This document shows positions 1 to 11,493 of a DNA stretch of 64,000 bases, piece after piece. The stretch is taken from NCBI RefSeq assembly GCF_024521635.1, contig NW_026250413.1, forward strand, positions 1,054,001 through 1,118,000. The letters are read 5' to 3'. Made by a program: the position numbers and the translations under genes. The notes beneath the pieces were generated by a model. That model did no database searches. It had not been told where the DNA came from and saw nothing but the letters and a program-made list of their open reading frames with translations. Every line of letters starts with the position of its first letter. Position 1 is the first letter of the stretch. This DNA comes from Tricharina praecox (taxonomy: Eukaryota).

Positions 1-626
1 GCCGTGTCAGAATGGCTGTTTCTGCCAAAAGCTGTTTCTGGAGTATGTATGCGGAGGTGTTGCAATCTTGGAGTTGAAGTCACTGGGAGTGGTTTCTGGC
101 AAGCAGTTGGGCGGACCGTGGACGGTGACAAGAGAATAGCCATACGGCCAGACGACGGTAATATCACGTTACTCGAGGTGATTGAATCTGTGGCGTAGGT
201 GTGGTTCAATATGAGGCTGAGGAAAGCTCAAAGAGTGAAGCTTGCAATGTGGGCGGAGTGGGAAAAATAACTGTTGAGATTGTAAAAAATAGGTGTGGAG
301 ACTTCCAGTAGGAGCTGGAGCAAGTAGTCCGCCATGGCGGTGATGATAATGTGATAGCTGAAAGCCACACTTGAGCCACAGCTGTTCTTACTCCGAGTAA
401 CGTGACCTGATCTGGCCGTGTGAATAGTGGCTGTATGCCGAATGTCCCCGAATCGCCCAGCAACGACAACATGGAAAAAACAAGCATACCATTTATTACC
501 CATAGACAAGCCAAAGCACCTGCCCCATATGACTACAAAATCAATCAAACAGACCAAAAACAAAAATACAAACAGACCTTAATCCCGATATAATGAAAGA
601 CAAACCACCGCCCGCTAAACCAAGCG

Positions 627-1301
627 TTAGGGCTTCTTCTTGACTCCCCAAAACGTATGAAGGCCTTCCTTCGGTCCACCATCCTTATCCCTCCGTGCTT
701 CCCAGGACTTATCTCCCTTCCCATCTGCCACAGTCGCCGGATCGATCTCTGGTCTATCCTTCCTCCTCCCCGAGACGCCGGCTCGGGGAGGATCGAACTC
801 GATCGGTTTTCTATCTGTTGGTTCTACCATTCCCACATCAGCAGTGGGCCCTATCTTACTCAAGAGCTAAAGAATATGTAAAGAAGGAGGAGGAGGAGAG
901 GGGAAAGTACTGCGCTCTGTAGGCTGAAGCGGCGCAGCCGTAGTCATGCCGATGTCTTTGATCCCGCTAGGCTCGGCTATGAAGTGGTGGAACATTGTGG
1001 GCTGGTTTGAGCCGTTGGGGGGCACGTGTAAGTTCCGGAATACTGTGCCTGTCGGAGAGCAGGTGCTTGAGGGGGATTTGCGGTAGGAACCGCTAGAGGA
1101 GGAAGATCTTGCGGTGTCGGGAATGCTAGCGGCATAGTTGGCTGTGGGGGTAATTGCGTCAGTAATGGGGAATCCAGAAGTAGGAAGATGGGACTAACCG
1201 GGACGGGGAGGGGTGACTGGAGCTGAAGCTGAAGTAGGAGAAGAGGAAGGAGGAGGAGAAGGCGAAGGAGTGTCATGGTTTATAAGTGAACGGATATCCA
1301 T
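627..1301 (-). pseudogene. Possible Ser/Pro-rich gene interrupted by two in-frame TAG codons
   Basis: One frame runs from ATG 1301 (MDIRSLINHDTPSPSPPP...) to the stop at 627 (...HTFWGVKKKP). It is broken only by TAG at 1196-1194 and 869-867. No domain recognised. Confidence 0.35.
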
Positions 1302-4035
1302 TGGTGTTATGTGTGTGAGAACGAGTGCTTCGGGGTTTTCTGGTCTCTGGAAGCTTTTTGAAAACCGAAGCTCGTTAGCTGATGTGCATATCCAGGTGAC
1401 AAGCAAACAAAAATGGAGTATGGATGATGGTGGGTGATACGACAGGCAGCAGTGGAACTAGCATGCGGATAATCGGATCCTTCACATACCACGCCGGCCG
1501 TGGGAGGAAGAAGCTTGGTATCATTAGGAAGGAGGAAGATGGATATGACACTTGGTACGCACCCCGATCGTCGCCTAGGTCTTTGACGTAGATGCCGTAA
1601 GTGACTTCGAAGATTAGCTCAGAGTTGCTACTTCGTCGATGGGCCGGAGCAAGCTGGAGGGACGAAAAAGGCTGGATGGTTCAAATCCTCGAATATGGGG
1701 TGATTCGGAGCATTCGAAGACGACGGACGAGGTTCCATTCTTAAACATATCCCCTCCGGCAGGATTGCTACCTCGAGGGGAGAGGTGGGCGAACTTTACC
1801 AATTGTGGCACGATAGGGCTAGTATACAAGAGTGTTCAATCGTCTATGGGCCTCTTTCACCTCACATTTTCACAATCAAACCGCGAGGAACGACAGCCCA
1901 GATCGTAAAAGGCGGTTCAGAATAGGGCTTGCTTATGGCGACTTAAAGAGCATTCTACTGCAGCCGCACATAGGTACATAGCAGAACTCTGGAAGCCGAG
2001 CTGTCGTAATTTCCTTCCGGACTGCTTCTATGCGGTCCAAATCCCGCACACCGTGCCTGTAGTGTCGAAAGTGCTTCATTACTCGTCACCAAGGTGCGCT
2101 AAACGGTAGTCTTAGAGGCTGAAATTTTGTCGACACTGCCAAATTCCCACGCAAACCAAACGCTCAAATGATAGCTTCCAGCCTCCGCGACCCTCGGCCA
2201 TTTCTCCGAGCTGTCCAAAGCCTTTTCACCGCGTGCAAATCGTTATGGCTGATGTTTTCCCCTACGATCCGGGGGGTGGGGCGTTGGAAAACGGCGCCGG
2301 TGTATTGCATTGTGATGTCGATGTGGTCATCCCAGGCTCAATCTAGAATATCTCTTCTGACGCCGTCATGGTTTGTCCGGTCCAAATGGACAATATCCCG
2401 CCCATGCGTATCCAGAAGTTACCCAAATCCAGGCATTCGATTTCACCCATCCTCGTATCCATAACGGCTCGGGACAGGACAGAATCAGAGACACATACGC
2501 ATCATCATCCATCCGGCACGTCAGTCCCAAGTCCCCCATATTCGACATCGCAGCACGACCGACAATAATGGGCTTAGCTCGGACGAAGATGATGAGTGCC
2601 TGCCCATAAGGCTCTGGGTGTTAAAGCCAAGGGTTCGAACCACTGGGACGGACTAATGTTGGCCCCCGAGAGTCCAGATTGTTGTTCATTTGGGGGAGGG
2701 GGGGGCAATCCAATATCGAGGCTGACAGGCAGCAAAGCTTGGGGGGGGGGGGATGTGTGGCGGGAATGTGCATGGGAGAGAACTTCCCGAGTTGCACTCG
2801 ATAGAGTTCGATGAGGGGAGGGCTATATGCGATGAAAGACGTAGTCGCCCCGAGCGGGGGGCGTACGGGGCGTACGGGGGCGTACGGGCATGGCGGCGGC
2901 ACGGGCAACGGCCGCAGTCGAAGCAGAAATCCCTGCCGATGCGTGGAAGCCCTCAGCATTTCTAGGAATCCAGATCGAGACGCGGAGTGTTCGGACATGA
3001 TAGATGATCCGCAATCAGCCAGTGTCACGGTTGATTTATGATGGCCACGCGGGTAGCACGGTGGCTGTGGGACGAGGTCGAGAAAGTGTGAGTCGGACGC
3101 ATGTGGTGGGCGGGTAGTGCTCAGCCTGATCATGTACCCGATCAACCAAAAACGATGCCGGCCATCTGCTTCGGGAACAAGGTGGTCGGGAAGGTACTCC
3201 GCCTTTTCTGCCGGTAGTCCCTAGAATCGGCAAACGGATAGTTGCTAGCGAGCCACGAAGTTGTCGGGAGATCGGGGGATTCGTGACTCGCCTTTGCCCG
3301 CAGAAGACTTGGGATGTAGAGTACATACATGGAAACATGTCCCCTGTTTCCACGTCGCCTAGAGTAGCTTTGGTTGGGCCCGCTGAGCGCTAGCATACCT
3401 ATTGTGGTTGCGATGGCGCATGATACAAGCGCAAGCAACAGCGATGAGCACCGAGCAGGCGCCGCTTACCCTCGTCGAGTGCTGGCTGACTGGCTGGCTG
3501 GCATTCCAGTGAGCACGTATCTGAGAAATGAGCCATATGTATTGCCACGATTCCCGCGGAGATATGCACCGATGCTTTTTCCACCCCCTGCGGCGAGAGT
3601 GCGGCGGCCAAGGTTAGCGGCACAAATAAGCATATGAGACGCAGCTCGCAAACCACACAACTGCCCTTGGCGTGCGACGACGACGTACCTTGCCGCCACA
3701 AGCCACACACGGCCTCGTCCGTACATGACGCCTGTAGGACGGACGATGCGAGGGAGAGAGGGATGGATGTCTGCAGCCAGCAAACGGGAGTGGTTGACCG
3801 CTCTTCCCTGACGGCGAGAGGGTTTAAACCTTAGGCTGGCCGAATATCACCATATCGATCGTGTTTCGCTGGGATTGGGCAGCGGGTCGGCTAGGAACAT
3901 TCGACCGGTCTTTTACTCGGAAAAAAAGTTAGGCCGGCCACCGTCCATCGGCCCACCGTCCATCGGCTTGGACTGGCCCGTGACAGCTGAAGTCTCTTTG
4001 CGTTCTGGTTATGTTTTATTGAAAGCACAATTGTC

Positions 4036-4154
4036 AGCTACGGTCATAGAACCATGAACACACGGCTTCCCGTCCGCTCAGCCCTAGTTAAGCATGGTAT
4101 CGCCAGGTTAGTACTGCAGTGGGTGACCATGCGGGAATCCCTGGTACCGTAGTT
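4036..4154 (+). rRNA. 5S: 5S rRNA gene (dispersed copy)
   Basis: About 119 nt. Terminal helix AGCTACGGT/ACCGTAGTT, ACCATG/CATGGT and CCAGG/CCTGG helices, conserved CCCGTCCGCTC, AGTTAAGC, GTTAGTA and GGGTGACC...GGGAATCC segments. A Pol III T5 terminator follows at 4153-4157. Confidence 0.95.
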
Positions 4155-4588
4155 TTTAACCTTTGTCTCTCGATGTCTGTCTGATCTTTTTGTTGTTCCC
4201 GAGCATTTTCATATTACTTGAGAGAGTACGAGGAAAAGGAGGAAAGGCGCAGGAGGCTATGTATCCAGCAGAAGACCTGCTGCTTCGAAATCACCTGCAA
4301 TGACTCGCAGTGACTCTCGACTGCCAACTGTTGACTACCGACCATATATGACGCTATATTCCCTCGACCGCTGCTTATCCTTCTTTACAAAGAAAGCCTC
4401 CATCAAAGCACAAATGTATGGCCCGATGCAATTAAACCAATACGATAGAAAATAGACAAACTCAAATCACCATTCTCCGTTGGCCTGTTGAGTATACTGT
4501 ATCGGCGAACAAAACACACCGAGTATCATCCGCCCAAATACGGACAAACAACTAATGAACGAAGAACTCAGGCCTTGCCAAAAAAAAC

Positions 4589-5078
4589 CTACTCATCCCC
4601 ATCCTCGGCTACCACTTCCTTCGCCTTAACCTTCTCTGCCATAAAATCCTCTCCCTCCTCCTCCCCCTCCTCCTCCTCCACCACAGGCTTCGGCTTCGGC
4701 TTTCGGACTCTCTTCTTGGACGCTGGCGTCGGCGAGACGCTACCTTCGTCGGAGCCTTTCCTCTTGACGGGCGTCTTCTTGGGCGTCTTCTTTGGCGTCG
4801 TGGCCGCCGGGGTGGTGGTGCCGGCGGGGTTCATAGCCGCCTTGTAACGCGTCCAACGCAGGCGCGCGGCGGCGGCCGTGGAAATGTTGTTCTCTGCGGC
4901 GATGAGATTCCAATCGAGCTAATAGGTATGGTGTTAGTTTGGGGGCATATATAGTATGATGGTTGATGGGTGAGCGAGCGGAGAAAAAGCGGTTGCTGCG
5001 TACTTTGGTCGTGTCCACCTGCGAGAGGATCATGTATAGGAAGCGTTCGGCTCCGGAGGCATCGCAGCGGGCTGGCAT
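4589..5078 (-). CDS. Small Myb/SANT-like domain protein A (134 aa), TPKK-rich basic tail and acidic C-terminus
   Basis: join(5078..5004,4918..4589); intron GTACGC...CTAAC...TAG. Spliced protein: MPARCDASGAERFLYMILSQVDTTK/LDWNLIAAENNISTAAAARLRWTRYKAAMNP...TTPKKTPKKTPVKRK...EEEEGEEEGE. Confidence 0.85.
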
Positions 5079-6693
5079 GGTTGCGTTTGGTCGATATAGG
5101 GATGCGGGGATGGGGGGATAGAAACAGGCTCGGTAGAAGTGCGGGGGCTATCTGGAGTGGGGATATTTTTTTCTTGTAGTGAGGGGTGTGTCGGGTGGAG
5201 ATGAGATGGGGGAGGTGGAGCGGTGAGGTGGACTATTATATGTCCTTTATTCTCTGCACATCCCTTTTTTTGCTAAGGCGAAGTGATGTGTTACTCTGCG
5301 TAGCTTCTGGAACAAATTCATCTATTGGCATCCGGGTAGTGAGCTCCTGTGTCTTCGCTCAGCTCCAACGACTCGCCCCTAGAACGCATCCCTCGCAACA
5401 CCCACTCCGCCAGATCCGCAGCACCTGGATTACCGGCAGCCACGGATGACGCAGAGATATTCAATTTTCGCCAGTTTGGAGATACTTTAGAGTAGGCAAG
5501 GAATGTTATCGAGGGGCTCACGACAATCTCCATGCACTTGCTGACATCTGTGAGGAGTATGGTGTCGGAACTACGGAGCGATGTCGAGATCAAGGGGCCG
5601 TCTGTTGACAGGACGGAAAGCAGGAATGTTACAGTTTTCTCGAGGCTGATGCAGCCCTTGGGAATGTAACTGGATCCGATCCATGTTTTGTGCCGCATAG
5701 CATCTGGCTCATTCCCTATCCGCTGGGGAGCCGGCATATTCCCAAAGAGCTCGAGGGCACCCTCGGCTGATCTGGTCGAGTATAATCTACACCTGAGGCT
5801 ACGTTGGATACTAGCCCGAGTTGTAGCAAGATTGTGTTCTCTTTTCGTCCTTTCCCGTCAAACTGCCTTTCGTCATTTTTCCGAGGTGCCGGCCGCCGCA
5901 CCATCTTCTCGACCGCACAAGAGCACATGCATGGTAACAAACAGCAATGAACCATTCAATATTTCCCCCTCGTACATACAGTGATGACACTGGGGATGCA
6001 ATAAGATGTGGAGTCCTGGGGAAAGAACCGCCGCCGAAATGCCCTTTCCATGGCGGCACTGTCGCAAAATGTCACTCGAGTGTTTCGGCCATGGTGGGAA
6101 AACACGGGCCTTCACTGTTTTTCCTACAGTTTTGAGGCTAAAGCCTTCTTCCTCTGGACCAGACATACCTACAATACTGTGCGTTCACCGATTCCAACAT
6201 CCTCTTAGTTTAGAAAGTCGAGTGACATAATATGAGGGGCTTCATCGCGTCGAGCTAGGTATATTTTCCTCGGATTGGTTAGATAACACTTAGTGCATTG
6301 GGCCGTGGATGTAATTTAAGGGAAGGGTAGGGAGGGGCGAGTAGAAGGAAAGCAAACATGCCCCAGACTCGCCATGGTTCTCGAAGTTCATGGTAGGTAT
6401 CGATATAGGATATAGTCTCCCGGTAGTGCACGCTGGATCCAAGTTGCTCCAACCTGGAGGAATGCAGGTTACATAAAGCTCTGAATCCCCCAGCCCGCTT
6501 CGCACAGTACATCCCCCACCAACAGCTTCTTCTCTCTGGTGGACATTCCGGTCTCAAAATCTCCGAATCTATCCGCATCCCCGAACTCAACCCCAGACAA
6601 GTCAAGTTAAAGTAACCGCACCACCTTTCCCCCCCCCCCCCCCCCCCCTAACCTCCCTCACTAACCGCATCCTAGATTCAACAGCTCACCACG

Positions 6694-7032
6694 ATGGTAA
6701 CCTGGAACCACCAAGCCGACGCCCGCCTGTTGTGGTCGATCATCACCACCACCGGCGTGAAGCTCGACAACGCCTTGATTGCCGAAACCTTCGGCATGGG
6801 CGTCACACCGAAGGCAATCCAAAACCGGATCCACAAACTCAAGCAGATGGCCACCGTTTTGTTGACATCAGAGGCAGAGGGCGGTGAGGACGACTCGCCG
6901 CCACCAATTGTAAGGATGAAGGCACGGAAGGTTCTCAAGGGAGGGTCTAAGACGGACGGGGAAACCGGCAAGAAGGCTACCGAAGAGAGCTCGAACATTG
7001 GGACTCAGGAAGCTAGCGACGGGGAGGAATAG
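6694..7032 (+). CDS. Small Myb/SANT-like domain protein B (112 aa)
   Basis: MVTWNHQADARLLWSIITTTGVKLDNALIAETFGMGVTPKAIQNRIHKLKQMA plus a charged tail. A probable 5'UTR intron (GTAACC...poly-C...CTAAC...TAG) lies at about 6612-6675. Confidence 0.85.
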   Translation: MVTWNHQADARLLWSIITTTGVKLDNALIAETFGMGVTPKAIQNRIHKLKQMATVLLTSEAEGGEDDSPPPIVRMKARKVLKGGSKTDGETGKKATEESSNIGTQEASDGEE

Positions 7033-8749
7033 CGTGGAAATGGTATGGAATCTTGGAGCTTTGAATATGTGTTCATATGTGTGGGGTTTTCCGAAGAATG
7101 ATATGCATATGTACGGTGGGATCGCGAAGAAAGGGTGTGGTGGGAAGAAGGATGCGAATTTGAAGACAGAGGACATGGTTTGGGTTCGGACGAGTATCCA
7201 AGTGCTTAGCCACCTCGACAGAGGCATTTTTACTGATGTTCAGTCTCAATATGGATGCATTTACATGTTTTTTGTTTTTGTGTGCAAGAATGGAAGTGCT
7301 AGTACTTTTGATCATGTACTTCTTACTTATCCACAAGCATAGTCTGGACAAACAGGTGTATTAGTCGATAGGATACATTTGTGTTTGTTAATCATTGATT
7401 GCATGCGACCTACTTAGCTAGATCCTGGAAATATACTCACATACTCCATTCCCACGCCGCTGTCCAACCCGACTTTCATCGAGCGGCCCGATGGGTTGAT
7501 CGCGAGTGATATCTATGATTATGTGACGGTAAGTCTAAATGTCGTTCTGCCTGTTGCCCACGAACCTAAGGCCTTTGAATCAATACTGCTGGCCACACCC
7601 AAGGCCGCATCACATGGCTCACTACATTAGTCGTACACAGAGTGCCGTTTGCCGCCCACAAACGGGAGGTGAACTCTGTTCGGTCCAGTTTTCCGAGTTG
7701 CGCTACACATAAACCCTTGTTCCATCACGCGATAGGAGCGTCGAAGTTGGGTTTGTTCAGCAACTGGAAAAAACAGCGGGTGCAGTCCGCACATACTAGA
7801 TCGATGCGTGGGTATTTGGACAGCCACCCTGTTAGTACCACTGTCTGCCAGAATACCCACGCAATCACCTAAGAAGCCAGCCTTGAGCTACATAATTTCC
7901 TTAAAGATTCGGGTATGTACAACGTGTGTCACGATGCTACAACGTGCAACAATTCAGCAAACGGCGGGTAGCACAACATGACAGCAAGCCGAGTGGCCCG
8001 AGTCATGGGAAGAAGACTCGGAATTTGGAAGCGTAAGGAGAATACCTAGGCCGGATGTGTGCCTGTGACTCTCTATGTGATGCCACGTTTTCCCAGCTTC
8101 CGAACAGTCTCGCGCCAGGAAACCACAGCTTCTCTCTCCTGCACATCTGTCACGACTCCGATTCAGTCTCCAACAGGCGGCTTGGTGAGCCCTGCGCTCT
8201 CGTGCCTAGGGGCTATTCCCGTCAGCTAGTTCTTAATAATCGCACGCGAAAGTGCAGAGGGCTATGAACATTCCAGGGGAGCTGGAGGGGTAGAGGGGCT
8301 CATGGCTTCTGGATGCTAACCGCATCATGAGGCTGACAGGAAGCATAAAGGGTACCATAGTTCGCTTTTCCCTCAAGGCTTCTAAGGGTTCTTTTGGGCA
8401 CAAGACTACCGCTATCCTCAACAAACCGTATATATTCCATTACTCTGCTCCTTATTTAAGAATTCCCCAGGCTGACGATAATCTCAGGCAATCGAATCAA
8501 CTACCCCCAAATTTTCAAACGCCTACCACTCACTTCTACTGCGTATGTTTCATTACTTCGCTCTACTCAGAGCTGGGCTGATAGCGCTCCCTGGATCCCC
8601 GGTACAGCCAATAGTTTTTGGTCGAGCAGTGAAACCTTCCGCTAAAGAGCTATTTCAACTGCATATTGTTCGCTCTCCATTTATCTACCCCCACTCCTTC
8701 TCACTTCTGATTAAAGATTCTGGGCTTAGTAAACTCTACCGAGATCAAC

Positions 8750-9358
8750 ATGGTTGCTCCCCCCACCTGGACGGCCGAAAGGCGTCAACGCCTTATCGCC
8801 GCCACCTTCGCCGCCCACCCCGAGTTCAAACCCGTAAATACCCTCCCCCCTTCTCGGCCCCTTACATCACTAGGTATCTACAAGCTCATCGAAATCACTC
8901 AGAACATTCCGAAGATTGCAGAGATATTTGGGGAAAACTTTACCCCAGGTTCCCTTCGACATCAGTTTTTCGCCATTAGATGTGCGGCTCGTGATCTTCT
9001 GAAGGAGGGTGAAGTCGCACCTAGCCCCCCCGAGACACCAAAGAGGAGGGGGGCGAGGAAGGCTGTGGACAGCCAGACCTCTACTCCGGTCAAGAAACGG
9101 ACCGGAGTTCCCTCAACGCCTACTAGCATCGCGAAGAGGAAGAAAGTCGGCAATAAGAGGGACGTGGTTGATCAGGATGGCGAAGAGATGGAGGGTTATT
9201 GGTCGGCCAAGAGCACGCCTTCCGAGGAAGTGCTATCGAAGGTAAAGGAGGGTGCGATAGGAATTGAGAAGTTGGAGGGGAGCAAAGGGGAGTTGGAAAG
9301 AAGCGAAGGGGAGAGGGAGTTTACTGAGGATGTTGGGGAAAGTGAACGGGGAGAGTGA
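8750..9358 (+). CDS. Small Myb/SANT-like domain protein C (179 aa spliced)
   Basis: join(8750..8833,8903..9358); 69 nt in-frame intron GTAAAT...CAG. Protein: MVAPPTWTAERRQRLIAATFAAHPEFKP/NIPKIAEIFGENFTPGSLRHQFFAIRCAA, tail with ETPKRRG, STPVKKR, AKRKK and an acidic end. Confidence 0.8.
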   Translation: MVAPPTWTAERRQRLIAATFAAHPEFKPVNTLPPSRPLTSLGIYKLIEITQNIPKIAEIFGENFTPGSLRHQFFAIRCAARDLLKEGEVAPSPPETPKRRGARKAVDSQTSTPVKKRTGVPSTPTSIAKRKKVGNKRDVVDQDGEEMEGYWSAKSTPSEEVLSKVKEGAIGIEKLEGSKGELERSEGEREFTEDVGESERGE

Positions 9359-9820
9359 AGGCATATCCTGAGGAGTATCGTGAGAATATTGTAACCATGT
9401 GTGCCCACGGATTGTGCTATTAATATCATTTGTCATTGGTTCACCCGATCGTTTTCAATAGTCGACGAGCGAGCGTACGCATGTTCCGGAGTAAAGCGCA
9501 TATATTCCGCGACAGTGTGCCGGACTTTAGGATTACTCCAGAAACAATGGCTGGAGTATCAATCACAGCCACGATATGGACACCTGCATGCATGTTCCCG
9601 TCCCCGCCGCAGGCCGCAATGATTGATTGTCTCCTTCCCGCCGTTTCCAAAGAACAAACAACCGCGCCGTGCCCGTTAAACATACACTTGGACCGCACCC
9701 CCAGATCTCTCCCACCAGCCCACACGCCACCATTCCCACCATCTACCTACCACCAACCTACGTTCAGAATCCGCACATATTCATCCCTCAACCTATTTCC
9801 GGACAATTCGAAACATCATC

Positions 9821-10491
9821 ATGCCTAAAGTCGTAAGTATCTCCGACGCTCCCATGGAGGGAGGGAGGGAGGGGATGGGCGGACGAACTGGAGGGGGCTA
9901 ATGGTGGACGGGGGGTGAAAGGTTTGGACTCCCGAGAACGACCGCAAACTCCTGATCCGCCTCATCGAGCGCTCAGCGAAGGCGTACGATACTGTGGAGC
10001 TGGCGAAACTGTTTGCTGGTATGGATTTGCGGGATATAAACCCGGCAAACTTGCTGACCGGGAATTCTACAGGTGCCACTCCCAAGGCTATCGAGGAACG
10101 CATCGCGAAGCTGAAGCGCGAGGCGAAGGCTGCCGATGGCGGCAGCGGCAGCGGCAATGGCGGCGGCGGCGGTGGCGGTAATGGTGTTGGTGTTGGTGGT
10201 GGTGGTGGTGGCGGCGGCGGCAACACGGGATCGGATACGGCTGCGGACTATTCCGCTTCTCCGAGTACCTTCCCCAGTGGAAGGAAGATTGCTGGGATGA
10301 AAAGGAAGCGCACGGACGGCGGAGGAAGTAGGGCAGCAAGAAAGAAGAAGGACAAGCTCATTAGCGTGGATGAGGAGGATGACGAGGAGACCAAGTGCGA
10401 CATCACTTCTATGGGAATGTTGAAGATTGAAGACGGCACGTTGGGTGGCGCAAAGGGAAAGGGGGGGCTGTTGAATCAAGATATGAAGTGA
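9821..10491 (+). CDS. Small Myb/SANT-like domain protein D (175 aa), Gly-rich linker
   Basis: join(9821..9832,9922..10018,10073..10491); introns GTAAGT..GCTAAT..AAG and GTATGG..GCTGAC..CAG. Protein: MPKV/VWTPENDRKLLIRLIERSAKAYDTVELAKLFA/GATPKAIEERIAKLKREA...MKRKR...RKKK...EEDDEE. Confidence 0.85.
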
Positions 10492-11058
10492 AGCACCAGG
10501 GGCAGGGATGGATAGAATGGACGTTCTAGAAGAACGCCTGGAAGATTGAGGGCTATTTTTACTCTTGTTTGCTGAGTTTCATCTACCATTGGAGAGTTTG
10601 ATGTGACGATTTTATTTCTCTATTCTGCACCCACTTCTTCCTTCCATAAGCCCTGCCGATTCGGAGATTGTTGCACTACATTCCTCCGTCGTATTCTTTG
10701 CATTCCACAGCCTTGCGGAATTGTCAACAATCAACCGTCCACTGAAGCTAAACCTGAACCATCCTCCATGATCGAAAGTCCGCGTCGGTTCATCCACGAA
10801 GGGAAACATTCCCGTGCACGTCCTTTCGAGTTGCCATCCGTCCACGTTCTATAAACTCTCTCCCGGCGGGTTTCCGGAGGAGGAGACCAACCATTCAGTT
10901 CACATCCCGTCGCCGCCGAGCCAGATGCAGAATCATCACCGCCGCGTAGGCCCCATATATCCCTCCTCTCCTGTCCAGTCGGCCGCTCCTCCTCTGCCCG
11001 ATAAAGTCCCCCACCTCACCTACCAGGCAAGAGCATGTCCCTCCCAGAGCCCACAAAA

Positions 11059-11493
11059 ATGAAGTGGGACGGTAACCCCCCACCCTCCACTCCTCCCTCC
11101 CCCCGTTCACGGGCATAGCTTACATCCGCCACAGCAACCGCCGACCAAAAGCTGCTTCTCGCGATCCTATCCGTGCACAAAGTGACGATCGACTACGCGT
11201 CGGTATCAGCGATCGTGGGGTGCACGCCGCGCGCGTGCGAAGAGCGCCTAAAAAAGCTCCGGAAGCTCTCCGGGACCGGGTCTCCAGCGGCAAAGAGGCA
11301 GGTGGTCGTCAAGGATGAGGAGGACCCCAGGAGGCGTGTGGCAAAGACCGAATTCTCAATGGCTCGCACCAGGGAGGGCGTCGAGATTCCGCTCGGCGTG
11401 CCGCTCGAGATCAGTCAGATGCCCGTGGTCAATGGATGGTTTGAGGAGGAGATTTTGGACCAGGAGAGATTGTGTGGGATTTGGGATGAGTGA
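11059..11493 (+). CDS. Small Myb/SANT-like domain protein E (123 aa)
   Basis: join(11059..11071,11135..11493); intron GTAACC...GCTTAC...CAG. Protein: MKWD/ATADQKLLLAILSVHKVTIDYASVSAIVGCTPRACEERLKKLRKLSG. Confidence 0.85.

Noticed and set aside
4-198. DDGNITLLEVIESVA resembles a pogo/Fot1 DDE_1 segment (GNRE.ITVIECI)
   Set aside because: Too short, at the window edge, and with no supporting flanking motifs.
1900-3800. Many short overlapping ORFs
   Set aside because: No recognisable domain or consistent splice model; treated as non-coding or decayed sequence.
5200-8500. Searched the spacers for a sixth Myb-like paralogue
   Set aside because: No further W...LL...D...IA...R pattern was found by eye; a profile search could still reveal one.
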